A stretch of 64,000 nt of DNA, from assembly GCA_041946735.1 (NCBI GenBank), contig JBHGAY010000006.1:64001-128000 (forward strand), read 5' to 3'. This stretch comes from Candidatus Eiseniibacteriota bacterium (lineage in GTDB: Bacteria > Eisenbacteria > RBG-16-71-46 > CAIMUX01 > VGJL01). Shown here in pieces: positions 42,501-50,265 of the stretch; the stretch's first letter is position 1; each line of letters starts with the position of its first letter. Made by a program: the position numbers and the translations under genes. The notes under the pieces were generated by a model, which had not been told where the DNA came from, ran no database searches, and saw only the letters and a list, made by a program, of their open reading frames with translations.

Positions 42501-43011
42501 CGGCGCGCCGGTGCAGGGCTACGGCAGCCGCATCGTCTACGACGAGACGATCGCGGGGCAGCCGGCCGGCGGGCTTCATTGGCGGGTGCGCGTGCGGAGC
42601 CGCTCCCCCTTCTTCCCCGGTTCGCCCTGGTTCACGCTGGCCGGCAACGCGGCCGCCGAGGACGACATCCGCGTGACATTGCCTGCGGGGGCCGGCCTCG
42701 ACGGCGCGAGCGGGAACGAGCGGCTCCCGGGCGCGCTGCGGATCGCGGGCGCGAACCCGTTCCGCGATGCCGCGAGCATCGCCTACACCCTCTCCACTCC
42801 CGCGCGGGTCGACCTCGCGGTCTTCGATGCAGGAGGAAGGAAGGTGGCGCAGCTCGTGGACGGGGAGCGGCCGGCCGGCCGGCACCTCGTCGACTGGGCT
42901 GCGGGCGATGGCAGCGGCGGGCGGACGGTCCCCTCCGGGATCTACTTCGTCCGGCTCTCGGTCGGGTCCTCGGAGCCGCCGGAAGTCCTGCGAATCACGC
43001 GCGCTCGCTGA
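39580..43011 (+). CDS. Secreted FG-GAP (integrin-alpha propeller) repeat protein with C-terminal FlgD-Ig-like domain
   Basis: Signal peptide, about 13 GD(V/F)(N/D)GDGY.D..VGAP repeats, NPF...VFDAGGRKV...SGIYFVRL tail. Confidence 0.9.
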   Translation: MKNAKRTNETTGAAQRAKPAGRWHAARALLPPLLLALVAGLLAAPAGATAPDPAPDWSASGEITHAWFGSAVSTTGDVNGDGLSDLIVGAGNYGSQRGRIRIYYGAAAGMDSLADWTRNGAQGNQGLGVSVSTAGDVNGDGYDDFLAGSPYFTGTNAEEGKLHLYFGSPGGPVEAAEYTQGQLYAHLGMSVAGGGDFDGDGYDDFAVGAPLLENSQLDEGGVLVFYGRANQAPATYEQWLQPNIASASFGASVSVAGDVNGDGYDDLIVGAPKYAGAGTERGAAFVYLGGPNGLGPNPLWTKVAAQDGSHLGASVAGAGDVNGDGYADVLVGGPDAGNLQQGQAWLYRGGAAGPEVDPFWIGTVSQASAHFGAAVATAGDFDGDGYADVVVGAPGYNGAGGADEGLARLYRGSIGGLVLVREHTCGQPVAGFGVAVATGGDVDGDGFSDLLIGAGRWDGSQQDEGRVFLYRGHARTLAGNPEWSWNGQPASYVYDRQPPSSCSGDWNGDGRSDIAIGDPHAPEQVGRVDVFYGSSAGPSGAPGWSFVGDSYHVHLGRSVAAGDLDGDGYDELLVSAPGSLYENAGPGRVFVFRGGPSGLSGSPDLVLEGEQDGSLFGHGLAWAGDVDGDGYGDVVVGAPRHGSVDAPSGRLLLYRGDPDALLHPAPLVADGAPGERLGHTISAPCDFDGDGYGDWAVGSPDARDFGNRAGNVHVYFGGESPNLVPDVVLRGGTNPTAFGWSVLACDLTGDGRSDLLIGEPYYDDGSNQNRGQVILYLGTATGLSLFPLWGRVGEIDNGNLGYALASAGDVNGDGREDLLIGEPGYGSDPSQEQEGRIHLFVAPLTLQGGPAWTKEGGKADARLGSVVARAGDVTGDGFADFLGGGRMSGPGDDASFFVQFGGGRRGVERPLAQKRGDGSGIRLLGGTRDDAFRILWTGRSAAGRDRIRLEREIASSGQPFSGGGEIVAGPLEDTGAPVQGYGSRIVYDETIAGQPAGGLHWRVRVRSRSPFFPGSPWFTLAGNAAAEDDIRVTLPAGAGLDGASGNERLPGALRIAGANPFRDAASIAYTLSTPARVDLAVFDAGGRKVAQLVDGERPAGRHLVDWAAGDGSGGRTVPSGIYFVRLSVGSSEPPEVLRITRAR

Positions 43012-43363
43012 CGCGGCGGAGGGGCGTTGACTCAGCCGATCTCTACCCAGCGCGCTCCCGTTGCTTCACGCAAAGTGCTACCCGGCCGGGCAGGCTGGGG
43101 GGCAAGCATGAGGGAGCGGATCGACATGGGCAACGCGCAGGGAAGTGATCCGAGTTCTGGAGCAGCGATACCGATATGCGAACCGGCCGGAGAAGAGCCG
43201 GATCCTGACGACGAGGAATTCGACCGCAATGATTCCTCGAACGCGGTTCATGAGAAACGCGCGCCACCTTGCGGACGGCGGCCGCAAGCGGCGAGCGATC
43301 GGGACCGTAAGAGGAAGATAGAAACGGAGAGTCTTCCGCAGAAGGCGGACGCTTCGAAACCCC

Positions 43364-44095
43364 TCACTGCCGGTACGGCAGCTCGTGCTCCCAGCACCGA
43401 TGCAAGTCGGCTGCGTCTCGAATGTCGCGCACGAGCCTGCCCCGCTCGAGAACCAGAAACCGGGAGCAGGTCTGGGAGGCGAAGTCGAGATCGTGGGTGG
43501 CCACGAGCATCGCTGCTGGCAGATCGCGCAACAATCGCGCGAGGCGTCGCCGGCCGGGTGGATCCAGCCCGGCAGAGGGCTCATCAAGAAGCAAGACCGC
43601 GGGATCAGTGACCATAGCGCCCGCAAGTGCCACGCGCTGCTTCTGGCCGTGGGAAAGATGGTGAACAGCGGATTCCGCCAGCTCGCTGATCCCGAGGGAC
43701 TCGAGGATCCGCATTGCGCGCTCCGATGCCTCGCGCGACGGCAGCCCGCGACGCACCAGCCCGAACGCCACGTCCTCGATCACCTTGGGAAAGAGCAGCT
43801 GATTCTCCGGCACATTGAAGAGAAAGCCGACTCGATTGCGGATCTCGGGCGCCGACCGCCTGGAGAGCGGAGTCCCGGTGACGAGGATCCTGCCTTCGTG
43901 CGGGACCAGTCCGACCACCGCCATGAGCGCCGTCGTCTTGCCCGATCCGTTGAGTCCGATCAACCCTACTCGTTCGCCGACCGCGACCGAGAAGGAAACG
44001 CCGGCCAACACCGACGGCGCCGCCGGCTCATATCGGACAGTGACTTCGCGGAACTCGAGGCCCGGCTCGGTTCGGCCCTGAGACGGATCGGTCAC
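43364..44095 (-). CDS. ECF transporter ATPase (CbiO/NikO-like)
   Basis: GLNGSGKTT, DVAFG, LSHGQKQR, LLDEPSAGLDP. Confidence 0.9.
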   Translation of the reverse strand: MTDPSQGRTEPGLEFREVTVRYEPAAPSVLAGVSFSVAVGERVGLIGLNGSGKTTALMAVVGLVPHEGRILVTGTPLSRRSAPEIRNRVGFLFNVPENQLLFPKVIEDVAFGLVRRGLPSREASERAMRILESLGISELAESAVHHLSHGQKQRVALAGAMVTDPAVLLLDEPSAGLDPPGRRRLARLLRDLPAAMLVATHDLDFASQTCSRFLVLERGRLVRDIRDAADLHRCWEHELPYRQ

Positions 44096-44853
44096 TGCCG
44101 TATTTCCCAGCGCAGCGCTACGGCCCCTGCGAGCAGTCCGGACGCGAGTAGAAGAACAGCCACATCGCGGGCCTGCAGCCGACGTCCATGAAAGCAAGGG
44201 ATCGTGTCCTGCCCGTATCCTCGGATCTCCATCGCGGAGGCGACCTCCTCCGCCCGGACCACGACCCGAGGGATCCAGACCTGGGGAAGCGAAACGAGAA
44301 TTCGCCACGCCGTCCTGCCGGAACCCGACGCCCCGCGGACCGCCATCGCAGACGCCACCTGTCGCGTCTCGTCCAGCAGCGTGCCGGCCTGATGGATGAT
44401 CTGCAGCAGAATCGCGGAGACGTGGCGAGGAATCGGAAGTTGCACCAGTCCCTCGCGGAGATCGCTTGCAGTCAGGGACGTGACGACACCCAGCATCACG
44501 AGCATGCCGCTCAACCCCCGCACGAACATGCTCCATGGGACCGCGACAGAACGCCCCCAACTCCACGCCGCACCGGCCGGCGCATTCCGGATCAGAGGCG
44601 TCAGAATGAACGCCGGCAGCAAGAAGGAAAGCCCCAGAAGCACCACTCTTCCGATGGTTCCGAGCGGCGGACTGCAGAGAAGGAGCCAGGCCGCGGTCCC
44701 TCCCGCGACGCAGGCAAGGCCCGCCAGGCCCGTCACAGGCGCGGCCATGCAAACGGCGAAGAGCATCAGCCCGGCCAGAACGCGGGTCTGCGGCGTGAGC
44801 CGGGTGGCCGGTCCGCGCGCGCATCCCCAGAGGCCGTGCCACGAGGTGCGCAC
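44092..44853 (-). CDS. ECF transporter T component (CbiQ/NikQ-like)
   Basis: Several TM segments, two X-R-G coupling motifs (AVRG, EIRG). Confidence 0.85.
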   Translation of the reverse strand: MRTSWHGLWGCARGPATRLTPQTRVLAGLMLFAVCMAAPVTGLAGLACVAGGTAAWLLLCSPPLGTIGRVVLLGLSFLLPAFILTPLIRNAPAGAAWSWGRSVAVPWSMFVRGLSGMLVMLGVVTSLTASDLREGLVQLPIPRHVSAILLQIIHQAGTLLDETRQVASAMAVRGASGSGRTAWRILVSLPQVWIPRVVVRAEEVASAMEIRGYGQDTIPCFHGRRLQARDVAVLLLASGLLAGAVALRWEIRQ

Positions 44854-44859
44854 CGCGAC

Positions 44860-45471
44860 CTACCCGACCGGCTTGGCAGCCGAGAGAATGTAGCTGTCCG
44901 GCGTTTCAACTGCGGTTGTCACCTCGAATCCTTGCGCCGTGAAAAGGTCCGCGAGATCCTGCACCGGCGGTAAGTGATCCCGGCAGATGGCCTCACCTGC
45001 GTCCGCGTGCACCTGGTTCACGCGCTCACGCGAAATCAGGTGCCACACGTGAACCCGCCCGCCCGGTCGCAGGACGCGGCGGAGTTCGCGAGCGACATCC
45101 TTCGGATCCTCGAAGTGCGGCCAGACCGAGTAGCAGATCGCACGGTCGCACGAGCCGTCACCGAGAGGGAGGTGCTCCGCTTCGGCCAGATGCCACCGAA
45201 CACGAGCGTCGGAGACTTTCCCGCGCGCCGTTTCGATCATGCGCGGCGAGATGTCGACGGCCTCGACTCGCCCGTCGGCCGACAGATGATTGAGCAATGC
45301 CGTAGTAAGGTTGCCGGTCCCGCACCCGATATCGAGCACGGTTTCCCCGGTGCCGACGCCGAAAGCACGCAGCCCGTCGTCGAACTTTCGCGCCAGGGAT
45401 TTCAGGCATTCCCATCCGTCCCATTGCTCGGCAATACCGTCGAAGAACGCGACCTTGGAATGGTTACTCAT
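44860..45471 (-). CDS. Class I SAM-dependent methyltransferase
   Basis: FFDGIAEQWD, VLDIGCGTG, WPHF, LRPGG. Confidence 0.88.
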   Translation of the reverse strand: MSNHSKVAFFDGIAEQWDGWECLKSLARKFDDGLRAFGVGTGETVLDIGCGTGNLTTALLNHLSADGRVEAVDISPRMIETARGKVSDARVRWHLAEAEHLPLGDGSCDRAICYSVWPHFEDPKDVARELRRVLRPGGRVHVWHLISRERVNQVHADAGEAICRDHLPPVQDLADLFTAQGFEVTTAVETPDSYILSAAKPVG

Positions 45472-46009
45472 AGAGGGTTGTCTCCGATCCCGAGGCGAGT
45501 CGGACAGACCTTCGGCAAACGGTGACCAAAGGCGGGACGACCATGATCATGAGCACGATGCCGGGCCATCCGCTGAGGAGCGAGAGGCCTGCCATGAATC
45601 CCGCGGGGAGATGAATGACCAGTGAGAATGCGTAGACGAGTCCGACGTAGAGGAAGCGCCCGAAAAGCAGGACCGGAACCAGGATCAGCCAGGCGTTCGC
45701 CCGCAGCCAATGGCGGGCGGCGATGGCGATCAACCCCGCCATCAGTGCCAGCTCGATGGCCATGAAGACCGCGACCGGCGGATAGAACGGCGGCATACCC
45801 ATCAGGGCGCCCGAAAGAAGCGGGGTCAGGAGAGCGGTGACCGCCGCGGGCCACGGACGGACAAAGAAAGGAAGCGTCACCAGGGGCAGGTACATCGGCA
45901 TGAAGACGTGCCCCAGATGAACCAGGTGAAAGATCGTGGGCAAGAGCAACGCGATTGCTCCGAACATCCCGCAATAGGCCAGTTCCCTTGCAGACAGCCG
46001 CGTCCCCAT
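45464..46009 (-). CDS. ECF transporter S component
   Basis: About six TM segments, FHLVHLGHVFMPMYLP, GMPP, MAIEL, GR. Confidence 0.8.
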   Translation of the reverse strand: MGTRLSARELAYCGMFGAIALLLPTIFHLVHLGHVFMPMYLPLVTLPFFVRPWPAAVTALLTPLLSGALMGMPPFYPPVAVFMAIELALMAGLIAIAARHWLRANAWLILVPVLLFGRFLYVGLVYAFSLVIHLPAGFMAGLSLLSGWPGIVLMIMVVPPLVTVCRRSVRLASGSETTLYE

Positions 46010-46030
46010 CGGATCCCGGTCCTTCCGTGA

Positions 46031-48085
46031 CTAGAAGTCGGCCTTGAGCCCGCTCATCCATACCTGCCGGGGCATCGGGTATCCTGGCCGGTACTCGTAT
46101 CGTTCGCCGGTGATGTTCTCACAGGCGAGGAACAGCTCGGCTTGCGATGCGTTGATCGGCAGGCGATAGCCGAGGCGTCCATTGAGCACGAAGTGTCGTT
46201 TCACCCGAGCCGTGGGGGACTCGTAGTCGGCCGGCGCGGCGAACCGGGGATTGAGGATGAACTGCGCGTCGCACCAGGCGGCATCGAGGCTCAGCCCGAG
46301 TGCGCGGGTCAGCCTTGAGTTGAACCCTGCAGTGACGGCCCAGTCCGGCGCGTTCGGCAGGTCCTTCGGGGTCGGATGCATGAGCGTCACTCCAGCGAAG
46401 AGCGTGGAGGAACCGGCCTCGGTGGAAAGGCTCGTCTCCACGCCACGGTTGATGTATCGCCCGTCGTTATCGAAGCGCGGAGGCTGAAAGGGAGGCGGAG
46501 GCGGAATCACAGGCGGAACCCAGTGGAGCGCCGAGCGCACCTCGTCGTAGAACGCGTTCACCTCCAAATCGCACTTCGCATACGGACGGAACCTCAAGCC
46601 CACCTCGTTGTGGTCGAGAAGCTCCGGGCTCAGGCTCTTCCACTCGTCGGGGCGGCCCCAGCTGTCGTACATCGCCGCGACGTAGACGCCCGGCAGGTTG
46701 AAGGCGCGGCTGTGCTGGATGTTCAGGCGGGTACGTCCCCGTTCGGCGGTTACACCTCCCTGCCACCCCCAATCCGAGCCGAAGAAGCGGCTGTCGTTGT
46801 AGCGTGCGCCGATCGACGGTGTCAGATGCCAACCGCCCACGGGATCACTAGCAAGAGGAAACGTCCGGGCCAGGGCCAGATAGGGCGCTCGATTGCGGAA
46901 TTGGTGCGCCGACTCGGGTTGGTCGCCTGTCGCGAGCTTGTTCCGGGTCTTGCCTCCGTAGAAGTCCTGGTCGTATCCCAGAGTCAATGCAACTGCCGCG
47001 GGCAGCGGCACCGATTCCTGGAGGTGCAAGCCGTAGTTCTGGTAATCGGTCATCGTGGTGAAACTCTGTGCGGGCGCTCCGCCGCCCGGCGAGTCCCACT
47101 GGAGCCAATCCAAGTGTCCGTCCTCGAGGTAGACCTTGACCGTGCCCGTGGCGGGCCCGATCCGATGCGCCATCGTGGCCAGATACAGCTCGGTGTCAGT
47201 CCGGAAGGTAGGAACGCGAAATGCAGGGTCTGCGAGTGGCCACGGATCCTTGGTCGAGCCGGGATCCTCGTCCTTTCCGTCCGTGTGCTCGACTTGGAAG
47301 TTCCAGTCCCAGCCCTGCGCGATCTGGTAGCCCGCTCGGCCATAGAGTGATTCGGTTCTGCCGGCAGCGAGGTCGCGCTGGCCATCGCTGCGGTTTCGGC
47401 CTGCGCTCAGGTAGTAGTCGAAACGGCCGGTTTGGCCACCGTGGCGGATGACCCCGGACGACGTGTTATATCGCCCGAAAGCGCCCTCGACCGAGGTTTC
47501 GTACCCCGGCGCCGTTCGGCGGAGTGGCACCAGGTTGACGGTGCCGAAGGCCATGTTGCCTTGCAGCACCGGCTGCGCGCTCTTGCGAACCTCGATGCCG
47601 CCAGACGATTCCAGGGAGAGTGCGTCCATGATCGGATGGGTCCATACGCCCACGAATCGAGGGATGCCATCGAAGAGGGTGCTGACTTCGGCGCCGGGGC
47701 GGCCGGAGCCGAGCCCCCGAATGTAGACCGCCCCTCCATCCCCACCGCCGTATCCGCCGACGAGGTCGTAGCGCGAGATCGCCACGCCCGGAAGCCTGCG
47801 CAGCGCGGAAGGGAGATCCAGCGCGTTCATGTCGCTGATCTGCCTGGGGCCCATGATCGTCACCAGGCCGCCCAGTCGATCCAGGCGCGTGTCCTCCAGG
47901 ATCGGCCGGTCTGCCGTGACCACGATCTCGGGGAGAACGATGGCCTTCTTCGGGTCCGGCCCCTTCTCCTTCGATGTTGCCGTCGAGACCGAGCCAGCGG
48001 TCGCAGGCGCTGTGACCAAGAGCATTCCAGGCAGCAAGAGCCCCAGGCCCGCGAGCGCCCTCCTCAACCGGTGAGCCAATGTCAT
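46031..48085 (-). CDS. TonB-dependent receptor
   Basis: Signal peptide, EIVVTA TonB box, plug LRRLPGV..IRG, ENITG..Y, C-terminal Phe. Confidence 0.92.
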   Translation of the reverse strand: MTLAHRLRRALAGLGLLLPGMLLVTAPATAGSVSTATSKEKGPDPKKAIVLPEIVVTADRPILEDTRLDRLGGLVTIMGPRQISDMNALDLPSALRRLPGVAISRYDLVGGYGGGDGGAVYIRGLGSGRPGAEVSTLFDGIPRFVGVWTHPIMDALSLESSGGIEVRKSAQPVLQGNMAFGTVNLVPLRRTAPGYETSVEGAFGRYNTSSGVIRHGGQTGRFDYYLSAGRNRSDGQRDLAAGRTESLYGRAGYQIAQGWDWNFQVEHTDGKDEDPGSTKDPWPLADPAFRVPTFRTDTELYLATMAHRIGPATGTVKVYLEDGHLDWLQWDSPGGGAPAQSFTTMTDYQNYGLHLQESVPLPAAVALTLGYDQDFYGGKTRNKLATGDQPESAHQFRNRAPYLALARTFPLASDPVGGWHLTPSIGARYNDSRFFGSDWGWQGGVTAERGRTRLNIQHSRAFNLPGVYVAAMYDSWGRPDEWKSLSPELLDHNEVGLRFRPYAKCDLEVNAFYDEVRSALHWVPPVIPPPPPFQPPRFDNDGRYINRGVETSLSTEAGSSTLFAGVTLMHPTPKDLPNAPDWAVTAGFNSRLTRALGLSLDAAWCDAQFILNPRFAAPADYESPTARVKRHFVLNGRLGYRLPINASQAELFLACENITGERYEYRPGYPMPRQVWMSGLKADF

Positions 48086-48159
48086 GCACCGCCCCTCCCT
48101 TCCCCTCCGAGTCCACTCACGAGGGCCTGCACCGCTCCGCGCGGCGAGTGCAGTCTTCT

Positions 48160-48573
48160 CTAGGTCAGTCCCTTGCCGGTCGTTGCCGGACTGAGGTTGC
48201 CACTCTTCACGCCCTTGAGCGTCGTCAGGCGGTCAGCCAGGTCCCTGACTTTCGAGGCCTTTCCCTTGACGATGACGATCTCCAGGCAGTTGTGATGATC
48301 CATGTGAACGTGCGTCGTGCTGACGATCGAAGCCTGGCAGTCATGCTGGATCTGGGTGATGCGGTTGAGGAGATTCGGCTGGTGGTGATCGTAGACCATG
48401 GTGATCACCCCCATGACGTCTGCCTTGCCACCTTGCCACTCGTCCGCGACCAGCGCGCGACGGATCAGGTCACGCACACCCTCCGACCGGTTCTCATAAC
48501 CGTGGACCTCTAGGAACCGGTCGAACCGATCCAACAGACCCGCGTCCAGAGTTGCCGAGAATCGCTCCACCAT
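48160..48573 (-). CDS. nikR: Nickel-responsive regulator NikR
   Basis: RHH N-terminus (RFSATLD, NRSEGVRDLIR), QH and HVHMDHHNCLE nickel ligands. Confidence 0.95.
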   Translation of the reverse strand: MVERFSATLDAGLLDRFDRFLEVHGYENRSEGVRDLIRRALVADEWQGGKADVMGVITMVYDHHQPNLLNRITQIQHDCQASIVSTTHVHMDHHNCLEIVIVKGKASKVRDLADRLTTLKGVKSGNLSPATTGKGLT

Positions 48574-48574
48574 G

Positions 48575-48625
48575 GTAATACGAATCCTCCACCAGTAATA
48601 CTACCGATGCTGATGCGGCTGTCAA
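48575..48625 (-). promoter_or_regulatory. NikR operator and nikR promoter
   Basis: GTAATAC-N13-GTAATAC (48575-48601) spanning the SD; TTGACA (48625-48620), 16 nt, TAGTAT. Confidence 0.7.
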
Positions 48626-48628
48626 GAC

Positions 48629-49685
48629 TGTCCCTCCCGAAAACCCCATCTGCGCCTCCGATTCCGATCCGCGTCGTGATCTCGCTTCGTCCGCGGTCGA
48701 CTCTATTCCCGGAAACGCGCTGTGAAGCGGGTCAATCTGTCGACGAAGGGGCCAGGCGGCAGTCTGGGCTTCGCCCGTTCGTGACCAACCTGGACAGCCT
48801 GCGGGAGCGGGGGCGAGCCGTGAGCCTCAGGCGGCGACGCGTTCGTAGCGATGATGGAGTGCTCCGACCTCGGAGATCTCCACGATACGGCCCACTCCCG
48901 GCCCCCGGACCTCCCGATGCTCGGGAGAGTCCATCTCCAGCGCCTGATGCGTCCGCCAACGATGGTCGTAGCCGAAGTACTCGGTCAGGATCCGTTTGAG
49001 GTGCCGCTCGTTCACAACGATGCAGTGGTCGAGGCGCTCGCGTCGAATCGACCCGATCAGCCTCTCGACGAAGGGGTTCTGCGAGGGTCTTCGCGCAGCG
49101 ATCAGTATCTCCTCGAATCCCAACCCGCGCACCCGCTTCCGGAACGTCTCGCGTAGATCTTGTCGCGATCGCCGAGTAGGAACCTGGGCGGGTCCTGCCA
49201 GGGAAACGCTTCGACGAGCTGTTGCGCCGCCCATCGGGCAGTCGGGTTCGACGTCACGTTGAAGTGGAGCACTCGGCGTCGATTGTGGGCGAGCACGAGA
49301 AAGACGAAGAGTATCTGGTTACGGACGGTCGGGACGACGAAGAAGTCGGCCGCGATGATCTCTCGCACGTGGTTCTTGAGAAACGCGCGCCACGTTGCGG
49401 ACGGCGGCCGCCTCCTCCGGATCCTGTAGCGCTCGACCGTCGACTTCGCGACCTCGATCCCGACCATCCGCAGCTCACCAACGATTCGAGCCGACCCGCA
49501 CATTGGGTTCGCAGCGGACATCTTGCGGATCAGATCTCGCACCTCTCGCGGAACCGCCGGTCGCCCGGAACGCCCCGACCGACACAGCTTGCGCCAGTGA
49601 TCCCGGAACTTTCGTCGACGCCAGGCGAGGACCGTTTCCGGCTGAACGAAGAGAAGGGCGTCGCGCCACGCAGGCCAGAGGCTGG
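48629..49685 (-). mobile_element. Truncated, frameshifted rve-type (DDE integrase core) insertion element
   Basis: PETVLAW, ADFFVV, DRDKIY then frameshift near 49150 to NPFVERLIGSIRRE..DH; stop 48827; candidate terminus TGTCCCTCCCGAAAACCCC at 48629. Confidence 0.85.
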
Positions 49686-50084
49686 TACTGCTATGAGGCT
49701 GCTTCTGTCCAGTGCTGTGACAGCTACGGCAACAGTGGCGGCGATGGCCTCTGCGGCATCGACCTCGGCGGGAACTTCTCGGCCGACCCGCTCTTCTGCG
49801 ATGCGCCGAACGGCGACTACACGCTCGACTGGGCCTCGCCCTGCCTCCCCGGCAACCACCCGGATGGTGTCGACTGCGGCCTGATCGGGGCACTGGACGC
49901 CGCGTGCGGCACACCGCCGGTGACCGGCGCCTGCTGCCTCGCTGACAACTCCTGCATCGTCATCGAGGCCGAGAACTGCCCGGGCACCTACATGGGGGAC
50001 GGCACGACGTGCACACCCGAGATCTGCGTGCCGACAGCCGTGGACAGGACGACGTGGGGCCGGATCCGCGGAGCGTATCGATGA
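49686..50084 (+). pseudogene. C-terminal remnant of a secreted Cys-rich/beta-helix-type protein
   Basis: GNFSADPLFC..DYTL..SPC, GACC repeat, ends PTAVDRTTWGRIRGAYR; no N-terminus, abuts the transposase. Confidence 0.75.
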
Positions 50085-50265
50085 TGTTCGAGGGGAAAGG
50101 CTATTGACCTGGGCGAGACTGGCGCTGACAGCTGGACCGGGAGGTCGGGGAGCGGGGCCGCGGGTGGACGGCGAGCGCCCCGAGGAGGTGGGAGCGGGAG
50201 CGGCAGCGGGAGCGGCAGCGGCGCAGGCGTCGTGAGCGTGAGCAGCGCGGAAGGACCGGCGGCGC

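Noticed and set aside
43027..43363. ORFs at the edge of the nickel module
   Set aside because: No recognisable motif; possibly junction debris.
50190..50225. Short GGGAGC/GGCAGC and GCGAG (62296-62315) microrepeats
   Set aside because: Low-complexity intergenic runs typical of GC-rich DNA.
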